Source of the DNA: a virus
Lineage: Duplodnaviria; Caudoviricetes
IMG/VR virus record: IMGVR_UViG_3300048589_000239
Coordinates: 1 to 31,988 of that record
Direction: 5' to 3' (one strand)
DNA: 31,988 bases
Part shown: positions 16,823 to 25,467 of the stretch, piece by piece
Layout of the letters: each line of letters starts with the position of its first letter
How positions within the stretch are numbered: the first letter of the stretch is position 1
The notes under the pieces: model-generated
Told to the model about the DNA's origin: nothing
Databases searched by the model: none
What the model saw: only the letters and a program-made list of their open reading frames with translations
Made by a program: the position numbers and the translations under genes

Positions 16823-17199
16823 GCGTTGCCGGAATGATCAGACGGGCCGCGCGGCGAGGCGGTCAAAGAAAGATAACCCTGACCCGATATGCCCCCGGCT
16901 CTTTCAGGGGCGGGGTTTTCCAGCCTGGAGCTGTGGAGTTCAGACGCGACATCGAGGCATCGGTACAGCCTCTGAACCAGGACAAGGTCGAGATCACCAT
17001 CAATGATCTGGCCCGCCTCTCAAGCTATGTGACCATCATCACAACAGAGAAGCTTGTCGCTGCTGACAAGACTCTCGGCCAGAACGCCGATGAGCTGGAC
17101 ATAGATGGCGAGCTGTTCATCATTGAATCGGTCGAGAACTTTCGATTCAGACACCTGCAACATTTTGAAGCTGTGGCATCGAGAAAGGCGGTTAGATGA
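16819..17199 (+). CDS. Head-closure/neck protein
   Basis: ASVQPL, ADEL.IDGE.F pattern; synteny. Confidence 0.6.
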   Translation: MSVAGMIRRAARRGGQRKITLTRYAPGSFRGGVFQPGAVEFRRDIEASVQPLNQDKVEITINDLARLSSYVTIITTEKLVAADKTLGQNADELDIDGELFIIESVENFRFRHLQHFEAVASRKAVR

Positions 17200-17807
17200 G
17201 TGCAGTCATCCAGTCAATCGTTAGACGCAGAATGGATGAAGTCAGGGCCGGGGTTCGTGCATGGCTTGCCGCTTGCCTTCCTCCTGGCGTTCCTGTGGTT
17301 GATGAGAATCAATATAAGCCCGAGCCGAAAGGCCCCTACGTATCGTTTGGTTTCGTGGGTGGACTTGTCAAGCTTGGTCGGGCCGATTCCTTTCCATACG
17401 ACAAGACGCTCAACGCTTTCAAGATCCGACTCCATCGTCAGGCCACGCTCACGATCAATGCCTTTGGCAAGCCATACACCGATCTCTATTCAGATCTCTA
17501 CCGGGCGACGGACATCCTGAGCGGGGTACAGGCTTGCATTGATGAGCCGACAGCATACGCCAACCTCCAATCCCGAGGCATAGCGATCTGGGGAGATGCC
17601 GGCGTCCAGGATCTGACAGCTCTTGAGGATAATGTCTATTACCCGAGAGCAGCCCTTGACTTGATCCTCGGTGTCTCGATCGAGGCGACGATAGACCCAG
17701 GCTATATCGAAACAGTCAGAGTCACAGGCCGCCTGGACGCTGATTTCGATGGTTCGTTTGAAACAGTAATAGGTCCATTCACCTTTGAATTGGAGGACGA
17801 GGAATGA
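17196..17807 (+). CDS. Tail terminator/neck protein
   Basis: ENQ..PEPKGPYVS, RAALDL motifs; precedes the sheath gene. Confidence 0.6.
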   Translation: MSAVIQSIVRRRMDEVRAGVRAWLAACLPPGVPVVDENQYKPEPKGPYVSFGFVGGLVKLGRADSFPYDKTLNAFKIRLHRQATLTINAFGKPYTDLYSDLYRATDILSGVQACIDEPTAYANLQSRGIAIWGDAGVQDLTALEDNVYYPRAALDLILGVSIEATIDPGYIETVRVTGRLDADFDGSFETVIGPFTFELEDEE

Positions 17808-18835
17808 GTTTGAATGACATCATAGACATCGTGATCACGCGCCAGCCTGTGGTGCCCACCGCAGAAGGGTTTGGGTATGCGAACTTTGTTTCGCCGCTCT
17901 CAACCTTCACCCCGCGCATCAAGAGCTATGCGAACATCACCGAGGTCGAAGCTGATGCCCAGCTTGGCTCTGATGCTCTTGATTTCGCCGGTCGGTATTT
18001 CGGCCAGGCCGTCCGCCCCCAGCGTCTTTATGTGACGAAGAAAGGCGGCGGCGATACTTATGTCCAGGCTCTGACAGCAGCCGAAGAAGCTGGATCGACA
18101 ACCGATTGGTATGGCGTTGCCATTGACTCTGATTCAGATGCCGACATCCTCGCTGTTGCTGCATGGGCAGAGACGCGGGTCAAGATCTTTGGAGCCAAGA
18201 CAGCCGATGTCTCTGTCTACGATCCCGATGATGAGTACAACATCCTGAGCGTGCTCAAGGATCTTGGCTATGATCGGACGTTCCTTTTCTATCATCAGGA
18301 CTCGGCCACTGAGAACGTCGAGGGCGCTCCCTTCGGTCTTCAGCTTCCAAAGAATCCTGGCTCCAGCAACTGGGCATACAAACGCTTCTCTGGTGTTGAA
18401 TCGAGCAGCATCAATGCGACCCAGAGGACACAGATCCTCGATCGCTATGGCAACTGCTATACCAATCGAAACAACTTCAACGTCTTTGAAAATGGCCGGA
18501 TGGTTTCAGGCGAATGGATTGACGTGATTCAGGGGATTGATTGGCTCCACTATCGGATGCAAAACAACATCTGGACCGCGCTCGTGAGCAACGAGAAGAT
18601 CCCATACACAGACGATGGCATCTCGATCATCCTGAATCAGATCCGTGAGGCCCTGCGGACATCTCAGATCAGAGGGATCATCGCCTCTGCCCCTGAGTTT
18701 GAGATCACATCTCCTTTGGCATCTCAAGTTTCATCGAACGACAAGGGCAATCGTTTGCTTCCTGACATCACCTTTGAGGCGACTCTGTCGGGTGCGATCA
18801 ACAAGACTCAGATCCGTGGACGTATCCTGATCTAA
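17804..18835 (+). CDS. Tail sheath protein (DUF3383-like, compact)
   Basis: YFGQ..RP, PGS.NWAYK...GV, G.WIDVI.G.DWL, KIPYTDDG, LSGAI. Confidence 0.85.
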   Translation: MSLNDIIDIVITRQPVVPTAEGFGYANFVSPLSTFTPRIKSYANITEVEADAQLGSDALDFAGRYFGQAVRPQRLYVTKKGGGDTYVQALTAAEEAGSTTDWYGVAIDSDSDADILAVAAWAETRVKIFGAKTADVSVYDPDDEYNILSVLKDLGYDRTFLFYHQDSATENVEGAPFGLQLPKNPGSSNWAYKRFSGVESSSINATQRTQILDRYGNCYTNRNNFNVFENGRMVSGEWIDVIQGIDWLHYRMQNNIWTALVSNEKIPYTDDGISIILNQIREALRTSQIRGIIASAPEFEITSPLASQVSSNDKGNRLLPDITFEATLSGAINKTQIRGRILI

Positions 18836-18868
18836 CCCTCAACCTCAAAGCGATAGGAGCAAGAAGCA

Positions 18869-19300
18869 ATGTTGAGAAGCTATGACCCCAAGAGCGTATC
18901 CATCATGGTCGGCACGCATATCGTGTCTGAGTATGAGGATGGAACTTTCATCAACGTGGAACGGAACAACGACACATGGGCGATCAAGAAAGGTGCATCG
19001 GGCGAGACGGCTCGCGCGAAAAGCAATGATCGCTCGGGTCGGATCACGATCACCCTGATGTCAACCTCCCCGTCGAATGATTTTCTGTCAGCCCTGGCGA
19101 TCACAGATGAGCAGACCAACGCTGGCGTTGTTCCTGTTCTGATCCGTGAAGTCGGCGGCACGACCATCGTTGAAGCGACAGAGGCTTGGATCGTTCGCCC
19201 CTCTCCTTTCGAGAGATCGAAGACGGTCGGCGCGACGACATGGATCATTGAGTCTGGCGACATCCTGATGAACATCGGAAGCCTGCCAGCCAACGCCTAA
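18869..19300 (+). CDS. Tail tube protein (DUF3277-like)
   Basis: YDPKSVSI.VG, GASGE, SG.ITITL..TSPSN..LS. Confidence 0.85.
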   Translation: MLRSYDPKSVSIMVGTHIVSEYEDGTFINVERNNDTWAIKKGASGETARAKSNDRSGRITITLMSTSPSNDFLSALAITDEQTNAGVVPVLIREVGGTTIVEATEAWIVRPSPFERSKTVGATTWIIESGDILMNIGSLPANA

Positions 19301-19341
19301 TTGAACATGATGTACGAGAGAAGCGGAAAGGACTTAAACCT

Positions 19342-19791
19342 ATGCAGAAACCAAAGGATATTATCATCGACGGGAAAACCTACACGCTCGGTCATTGGGA
19401 TGTGCCCAAGGCGATCGAGGTCTGGGCATGGCTTGTCGAGTCGCTGGGGCCTGGAGTCAAGGAAGCCTTCGAGAAGTTCCAAACACTTCAGAAGCCCCAG
19501 CCTTCTACTGATCCATCTCTGCCCGAGGCAACGAAAGAGGATCAGAGCATCAAGCTTGCCATCGAGGTCTTCGGCATCATCGTCGAGACTCTTCGCAAGA
19601 GTGTACCGCCAAAGGAGTATGCTGATCGCATGCTCTCCTTCTGTTCCGATGTGCTTGTCGATAACGCCAAGCTCAAGCCACAAGTCCATTTCCAGGGGAA
19701 CCTGCTTCTGATGCACCGCGTTGTCGCAGAGGTCCTGAGGTATCAATACGCAGATTTTTTCGACGAGGCCCTGTCACTTTTAAGCAAGTGA
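19342..19791 (+). CDS. Tail assembly chaperone (G-like)
   Basis: Between tube and tape measure; ends ...Y.DFF at a slippery site. Confidence 0.75.
   Translation: MQKPKDIIIDGKTYTLGHWDVPKAIEVWAWLVESLGPGVKEAFEKFQTLQKPQPSTDPSLPEATKEDQSIKLAIEVFGIIVETLRKSVPPKEYADRMLSFCSDVLVDNAKLKPQVHFQGNLLLMHRVVAEVLRYQYADFFDEALSLLSK
19755..19761 (+). other. -1 programmed ribosomal frameshift heptamer T TTT TTC
   Basis: In-frame GAT TTT TTC; the -1 frame is open through 19788 into the 73-aa ORF ending at 20009. Confidence 0.7.
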
Positions 19792-20009
19792 GCATCGGGC
19801 GGGCATCATCAATCCCGCCCTTTGAACCAGGGCAGTTGAACATCAATTGGTTTATATGGCGACCTGTGATCAGAAAGGTCGCCACGTACACTGAGATCAT
19901 GAAGTATTGGACGATCAAGGATCTGATGGACTGCCATGAAGCTTTGGATCTCCAGGATGCCGCCGACCAATACTATCATGACATGCAGAGGAAGCTGACC
20001 CAATCGTGA
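19788..20009 (+). CDS. Tail chaperone C-terminal (T-like) segment, probably made as a frameshift fusion
   Basis: WRPV...ATY.E....WTI.DL.D.HEALD pattern; -1 frame relative to the upstream gene. Confidence 0.7.
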   Translation: MSIGRASSIPPFEPGQLNINWFIWRPVIRKVATYTEIMKYWTIKDLMDCHEALDLQDAADQYYHDMQRKLTQS

Positions 20010-20021
20010 GAGAGGATCGAG

Positions 20022-21788
20022 ATGTCCGCAACATTCGTTCGAGAGTTTCTGACCAGGTATTCATTTGATGTTCAAGAGGGTCCGATCAATCGAATGAATC
20101 GGGCGCTCAAGACAGCAGGCGATCGAATGAAAACCGCATTCGATCGCAAGCCGATTGATGCGAAGACGGGCAAGGTGATCGAGGCCGAGAAGGCTTTCAA
20201 GAACCTGAACAACGCAGCCGATGAAGTCGGCAGGAGCTTTCAGAAGATTGCCATCACCATGGCTGCGATTGGAGCTGCGGCGGGGGGGATCTTTCTTGTC
20301 GCCAAATCAACAGCGGACTTTGCTGACTCTGTGACCGACACGGCCAAGGCTCTCGGGGTCGGCACGCAGGAGCTTCAGCGTCTGAGATACGCTGCACAGA
20401 TCGGCGGCGCATCGGTCGAAAAGATGGATCAGTCTCTGAAGTTTCTTGCAAAGAATGCTGTTGAAGCAGCCAAGGGCACAGGCTCACAGGCCGATGCTTT
20501 CAAGCTTCTCGGCGTCCGTGTCGTCGATGCCAATGGCAAAATGAAAACCTCCGAACAGCTCATCATCGAAAGCTCTGATGCCTTTGCCCGCATGAGAGAT
20601 GGAGCAGAAAAAACATCCATTGCCTTGAACATCTTTGGTCGGGAAGGGGCTGGCATGTTGCCCTTCCTGAGCCAGGGCAGCGTTGCCATTCGAGCCATGA
20701 TGCGAGAGGCCGAGCAGCTCGGCTATGTCCTCGATGAAGAGGCCCTGGTCGCCGCCGCCGACTTCAACGACAACATGGATCGGCTGAAGTTTGCCGCCAC
20801 AGGGCTGAGAAATATTCTCGGCTCTGAGCTGATCCCGATCTTTCATGAGATCACGAGCGGCATCATCGAATGGGTCAAAGCCAATCGGGAGCTGATCAAG
20901 ACAAGAGCCCAGGAGTGGGTTGCAGGTCTGGCCAAGGTGACGAAGTATGTGGCCAGCATATTCAAAGGACTCTTCTCTGTGCTCGATCGTGGGGCACAGA
21001 TCTTTGGAGGATGGAACAGGGTAATCAAACTGCTGACCGTCTCGCTTCTTGCCTTTGCGGGTGCCAAGGTCCTCATCGGGATCGGCTCTCTTGCGCAGGC
21101 GCTCATTGGACTTGTGACCGGGATCAGAGCGGTCGGCGCTGCTGCGATGTGGACACAGATCAAGATCTTCGCAATCCCTCTGGCCATCGGGGCGGCGGTC
21201 GCGGCAGCGGCTCTGCTCATCGACGACATCATCACTTTCTTTACAGATCCCGAGGTCGAGACAGCGACAGGTCATTTCGTTGACTTCATCAAGGAGACAT
21301 GGAATGCGGCCGTCCAATTCATCCAGGACTCGCTCGAAAGCATCAAGGGCTTCATGGTCGATGTGGGTGCCTCCATCATTGAGGACCTCGCCCAGCCGCT
21401 GGAGAAGGTGCTTATCCTGATCAATCGTGCGGTCAAAGGCTTTACCGGCTTTGATGTTCTGGAGTCGATTGGATGGAAGACAGGCGAGGAAGGGGTCAAG
21501 CAAAGGCGGTCGATGGTTCAGGGCGCTGCTGACTTCATCACATCTCCGATCGCCTCTTACGACACAGGCATGAGGGGCGGGTTCGCTCCATCCCCTGAGG
21601 TCCGCGCGGCGACCATCTCAAGTGCAGGCAAGGGCGGGACGACGATGATCGAGAACAAGGTCGAGATCAACGCCAATGGTCTGTCGGAACAGGCCGCCAA
21701 GGAGCTTGCAACCCAACAGTTCATGCAAAGCCAGAAAGAGCTTCTGCGCAAAGCCGGTAACAATTCGATACCCAAGAACAGGGAGTAA
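20022..21788 (+). CDS. Tape measure protein
   Basis: Ala-rich helical sequence, LQRLRYAA, AL.IFGR.G..MLP.L..G, hydrophobic central segments. Confidence 0.85.
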   Translation: MSATFVREFLTRYSFDVQEGPINRMNRALKTAGDRMKTAFDRKPIDAKTGKVIEAEKAFKNLNNAADEVGRSFQKIAITMAAIGAAAGGIFLVAKSTADFADSVTDTAKALGVGTQELQRLRYAAQIGGASVEKMDQSLKFLAKNAVEAAKGTGSQADAFKLLGVRVVDANGKMKTSEQLIIESSDAFARMRDGAEKTSIALNIFGREGAGMLPFLSQGSVAIRAMMREAEQLGYVLDEEALVAAADFNDNMDRLKFAATGLRNILGSELIPIFHEITSGIIEWVKANRELIKTRAQEWVAGLAKVTKYVASIFKGLFSVLDRGAQIFGGWNRVIKLLTVSLLAFAGAKVLIGIGSLAQALIGLVTGIRAVGAAAMWTQIKIFAIPLAIGAAVAAAALLIDDIITFFTDPEVETATGHFVDFIKETWNAAVQFIQDSLESIKGFMVDVGASIIEDLAQPLEKVLILINRAVKGFTGFDVLESIGWKTGEEGVKQRRSMVQGAADFITSPIASYDTGMRGGFAPSPEVRAATISSAGKGGTTMIENKVEINANGLSEQAAKELATQQFMQSQKELLRKAGNNSIPKNRE

Positions 21789-21791
21789 ACG

Positions 21792-22604
21792 ATGGCCGTT
21801 GGTGAATTCATCTTTGGCTATGAGGACAAGCTGTCTGCGATACAGAGCGGACTCTTTGGCTATGAGAAGAGACTGACCCGGATCGGCGAAAGCATCATCG
21901 TGGATGTCACAGAGGTATTGACCACAGATCTCGAAGCAGAGGTTACGAAGTGGCCTGTCGAGAGAAGTCAGGACATCTCGGACCACATCAAGCTTGGCCC
22001 TGTGAGGATTCAGATACAGGGCTTCATCTCGAACGCTCCGCTTGGGGGGATTGCAGGGGTCGCTCAATCCGTTGCGACAGGTGTCCTCTCTGGCTTCGGT
22101 GCACAGCTCGCCCAGAACACAAGGATAGGCGGAACCAGTCTTGTTGGTACAGGGCTCGGGACTGCTGTCGGCGCTCGCCTGGGTGGAGCTCTCGGCAATT
22201 ATCTGAGGGGTCAGGACCCTGATGTCTCCTACCCACAGAAAGCCATGAAGGCGATGATTGATTGCTACAAGGATCGAAAGCCCTTCACCATTCGGACCTA
22301 CTTCTACCCGAACGAGAATGAATCGAACATCTATACCAACATGGTCATCACCGCCCTGAGCTTTCCTCAGTCTGTCCAGACAGGCGATGGCCTGCCCTTC
22401 ACCCTCTCAGCGGAAAGGATCGAGCTGGTCGATCTCGAACTCAAGGGGGTATCGGGGGAATTCATCAAGGGCTTTCTCGCGGGCAACTCGGCGCCACCGA
22501 AAGCGGACCTTGGCAAGCAGGGGACCAAGCCTGCCTCTGGGCCCGCCTCGGCCAAAGCCTCAGCCTTTCTTAATGTGATTCGTGGCGCGACAGGAGGACT
22601 TTAA
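21792..22604 (+). CDS. Baseplate/tube-initiator (Dit-like) protein
   Basis: VT.WPVE....ISDH...P, Y.NMVIT.L motifs; follows the tape measure gene. Confidence 0.7.
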   Translation: MAVGEFIFGYEDKLSAIQSGLFGYEKRLTRIGESIIVDVTEVLTTDLEAEVTKWPVERSQDISDHIKLGPVRIQIQGFISNAPLGGIAGVAQSVATGVLSGFGAQLAQNTRIGGTSLVGTGLGTAVGARLGGALGNYLRGQDPDVSYPQKAMKAMIDCYKDRKPFTIRTYFYPNENESNIYTNMVITALSFPQSVQTGDGLPFTLSAERIELVDLELKGVSGEFIKGFLAGNSAPPKADLGKQGTKPASGPASAKASAFLNVIRGATGGL

Positions 22605-22607
22605 AAG

Positions 22608-22931
22608 ATGGCGACCCTTCAGCTTCCGGTCAGGAATGATCAGCCGGCCTATCGCTTCCAGCTCACGCTTGAGGCCCGCGTCTACTTCTTTGAATTCCGA
22701 TTCAACACCCGCCAAGACAGATGGCTCATGGATGTCCTCGACGAGACACAGAGCCCGATACTTATGGGTGTACCCATACTAACCGGCCTGCCCATACTCG
22801 ATGGCTATACCCGCGCGACCAGGCCACCTGGAACTTTCCTTGCCGTGGATCTCACAGGAGCGGAACGCAATGCCGATCGTGAATCATTCGGGGTCGATGT
22901 TGTTTTGCTGTACGTGGAATCAGAGAGCTGA
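22608..22931 (+). CDS. Small baseplate protein
   Basis: FRFNTR.DRW.MD.......GVPI..G pattern; synteny. Confidence 0.65.
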   Translation: MATLQLPVRNDQPAYRFQLTLEARVYFFEFRFNTRQDRWLMDVLDETQSPILMGVPILTGLPILDGYTRATRPPGTFLAVDLTGAERNADRESFGVDVVLLYVESES

Positions 22932-22946
22932 GGGGAGAGCGAGAGG

Positions 22947-23822
22947 ATGGCTGACTCAAAAATCATAACGGCAACCGGGCAGGGTTCGCAACCCCTGTTT
23001 TTGCGATCGGCTCAGATCGTGCTCCTGAACCTGCGCACAGCCCAGCGTCTGACTGTGGACAAGCTGCGCTTTAAGTTTCAGGTCGAGAGATCGGTCGGAT
23101 CACAGACCAACCAAGGGTCTCTTGAGATCTATAACCTTTCAGAGCAGAGCCGAAACTTCTGCAACATCCCCCCCGAGAAGCCAGGGGTCGAGACAAAGAG
23201 AGGGCTGTTCGTCGAGCTGTCGGCTGGGTATCAGAACTTCACGCGCACGATCCTTACCGGCAATGCCAAGGGCGGATCTGAATACACAGGCCCCGACTGG
23301 ATGACCAAGCTTGAGATCATCGACGGATACACCGCGCTCCGGACGACCACCATACAGAAATCATACGGCGCGGGCTTCTCGATGAATCGGGTCATCCTCG
23401 ATGTGATCCAAAGCTTCGGCCTGCCTGTCGGCTATGTCAAGCCGGTACTGACAACCGATGTCGTCCGCACAGGTCTGACCCTCAATGGATTGAACAAGCG
23501 CATCCTCGATGACTTCGCAGCCACGTATGGCTTCCGCTGGAGCGTGCAGAATGGAGCCATCAACGTCATCGACCGCTTCGGGGCTCTGCCCCAGCCTGCC
23601 GTGAACCTGACCCCGCGCACGGGGCTTATCGGCTCTCCTGTGAGAACAGACAAGGGTGTCAATTTTAAATGCCTGCTGATCCCTTTGATCGTTCCAGGGG
23701 GGAAGGTCCGGCTCGATCAGAACTCGGTCTTTACCGGGGAGCTGATCGTTCAGAAAGCAATCTATTCGGGAGACACGCATGGCGCCGAGTGGAACATTGA
23801 TGTGGAGGCAACGACACCATGA
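22947..23822 (+). CDS. Baseplate hub protein
   Basis: IYNLS, L.AGY, WSVQNG, TGLIGSP, GDTHG..W motifs. Confidence 0.8.
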   Translation: MADSKIITATGQGSQPLFLRSAQIVLLNLRTAQRLTVDKLRFKFQVERSVGSQTNQGSLEIYNLSEQSRNFCNIPPEKPGVETKRGLFVELSAGYQNFTRTILTGNAKGGSEYTGPDWMTKLEIIDGYTALRTTTIQKSYGAGFSMNRVILDVIQSFGLPVGYVKPVLTTDVVRTGLTLNGLNKRILDDFAATYGFRWSVQNGAINVIDRFGALPQPAVNLTPRTGLIGSPVRTDKGVNFKCLLIPLIVPGGKVRLDQNSVFTGELIVQKAIYSGDTHGAEWNIDVEATTP

Positions 23823-24559
23823 CGAGACAGGCCCATGAGACTCCCGAGCTGGTTGATGTGATCTCTGAGCTGATCGACGATCGCCTCAAGGATCTCGATG
23901 TCTGCTTTCCTGGCACGGTAAAAGCTGTGGATAAAACAAAGGGGTTGGTCGATGTGCAGTCAGACTTCAAGCGTCTGTACTGGGATCAGGATCAACCTGT
24001 CAACCCGCCTGTGATTCGTGGGGTCACGCTCTGGCAATACAGAGCCGGAACGGCACGCATGAATTTTCCGATCAAGGTCGGCGACAAGGTGATGTGCCTT
24101 TGCTCGCAGAGATCCCTCGACAAGTGGAAACAATCAGGGGCTCTCGATACCCCTGGCTCGACCCGGGTCCTTTCGATGTCGGATGCCATCGCCATACCTG
24201 GGCTCTACCCGATCCCTCAGGCATTCCCCATCGGCGACAACCTCACCCTGCAATACGGGGCGGCTCTGATCTCGCTCATCGAGAATAACGAGATCTCTCT
24301 GGAGGTCACCAAGGCCAAGGCCCGGCTGACGAAAGATGGAAAGTTCAGTTTCTCAAACGGGACCGTTGAGCTGATCGACATCACTATCCAGAGCCTGACA
24401 GCTCAGAATGCCCTCATTGATCTGATCAAACAGCTACAGGTCTCAACCTCTCTTGGGCCTTCGGGGACGCCGCTTCCTACAAACATAACGGCACTCGATC
24501 AGCAGAAGCAAACCAATCAGCAGCTCATCGACAAGCTGACTCAATTGAAACTGGGGTAG
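23819..24559 (+). CDS. Baseplate central spike (Gp138-N/gpV-like)
   Basis: PG.V, FPIKVGD, QRSLDKW, SDAIAIPG motifs. Confidence 0.8.
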   Translation: MTRQAHETPELVDVISELIDDRLKDLDVCFPGTVKAVDKTKGLVDVQSDFKRLYWDQDQPVNPPVIRGVTLWQYRAGTARMNFPIKVGDKVMCLCSQRSLDKWKQSGALDTPGSTRVLSMSDAIAIPGLYPIPQAFPIGDNLTLQYGAALISLIENNEISLEVTKAKARLTKDGKFSFSNGTVELIDITIQSLTAQNALIDLIKQLQVSTSLGPSGTPLPTNITALDQQKQTNQQLIDKLTQLKLG

Positions 24560-24562
24560 GGT

Positions 24563-25096
24563 ATGGCTCTCGGATCAGACAACGATTGGCGCGCGGCTTT
24601 CGGGGAGATGCCCACTGTAGGAGATGACACCTGGAAGGCCAATCTTGCCGATACCATTGACGGGCTCGTGACGAATCTTCTCAGCTCGCCTGGGCTCTTA
24701 AATGAATCGGGTGAGCCTGCGGCCGTATTCACGTTTGGGAAGTCAGCGTTTCAGGCCGGGCTCTCAGGAAACACAGCCGCGGCGATCTCTTCGGCCATGC
24801 AAGCGGGGCTCACAGCATCGACTGCTGTTGTAGCCGCGCTCTCCTACACGACACCGAAGACGCCCGCTACAACCTTCTCAGCCGTGGCGACTTCGATCAT
24901 AACCCCGGCTTCGATTGCTCTGGCCACAGCGAAGATCCTTCAGATAGCAGGCAAGGCAAACGTGGATGATCCCCTGGATAGTCTCGTGCCGCCTATCTTT
25001 CGTGAGGCATTCCTGCTTTTAAAATTGACGACGACAGGCAGCGATTCATCATCTCCGCCTGTGGCTTTGACTGATGCTGAAAGGGCAATGGGATGA
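24563..25096 (+). CDS. Hypothetical baseplate-region protein
   Basis: Ala/Thr-rich ORF packed between the spike and wedge genes. Confidence 0.55.
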   Translation: MALGSDNDWRAAFGEMPTVGDDTWKANLADTIDGLVTNLLSSPGLLNESGEPAAVFTFGKSAFQAGLSGNTAAAISSAMQAGLTASTAVVAALSYTTPKTPATTFSAVATSIITPASIALATAKILQIAGKANVDDPLDSLVPPIFREAFLLLKLTTTGSDSSSPPVALTDAERAMG

Positions 25097-25467
25097 ACAT
25101 ACTGATCAATGATGCAACGGGTGACATCGACATCCAGCAGAACAATTGGGTGATGGTCCAGGGCACTGAAGAGATTTCCCAGATCATCAAGCAAAACCTG
25201 CAAACGGTTCTGGGCGAATGGTTCCTCGATTCCTCTCTCGGGCTTCCATGGTTTACCGAGATCTTTGAGAAGGGTCAGAGCCAGAAGAACATCGACACGA
25301 TTTTCATCGACGAGATCGGGGCATGCCCTGGCGTGATCTCTCTGGTCAACTATTCGAGTCAGCTCACTGACAAGGCGAACCGTGTCCTCTCAATCGAGTT
25401 TCAAGCCTATACCGTTGAAGGTATTCTTGACTTCACATCCATCATCACTCCAACAGGGGGCGCGTAA
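25093..25467 (+). CDS. Baseplate wedge/sheath initiator (gp25-like)
   Basis: GEWFLD...GLPW, I...PGV motifs. Confidence 0.8.
   Translation: MNILINDATGDIDIQQNNWVMVQGTEEISQIIKQNLQTVLGEWFLDSSLGLPWFTEIFEKGQSQKNIDTIFIDEIGACPGVISLVNYSSQLTDKANRVLSIEFQAYTVEGILDFTSIITPTGGA

Noticed and set aside
20484-21503. 339-aa antisense ORF, plus other long antisense ORFs (10624-11367, 13169-13792, 12548-13108)
   Set aside because: Shadows of well-supported plus-strand genes; no recognisable motifs.
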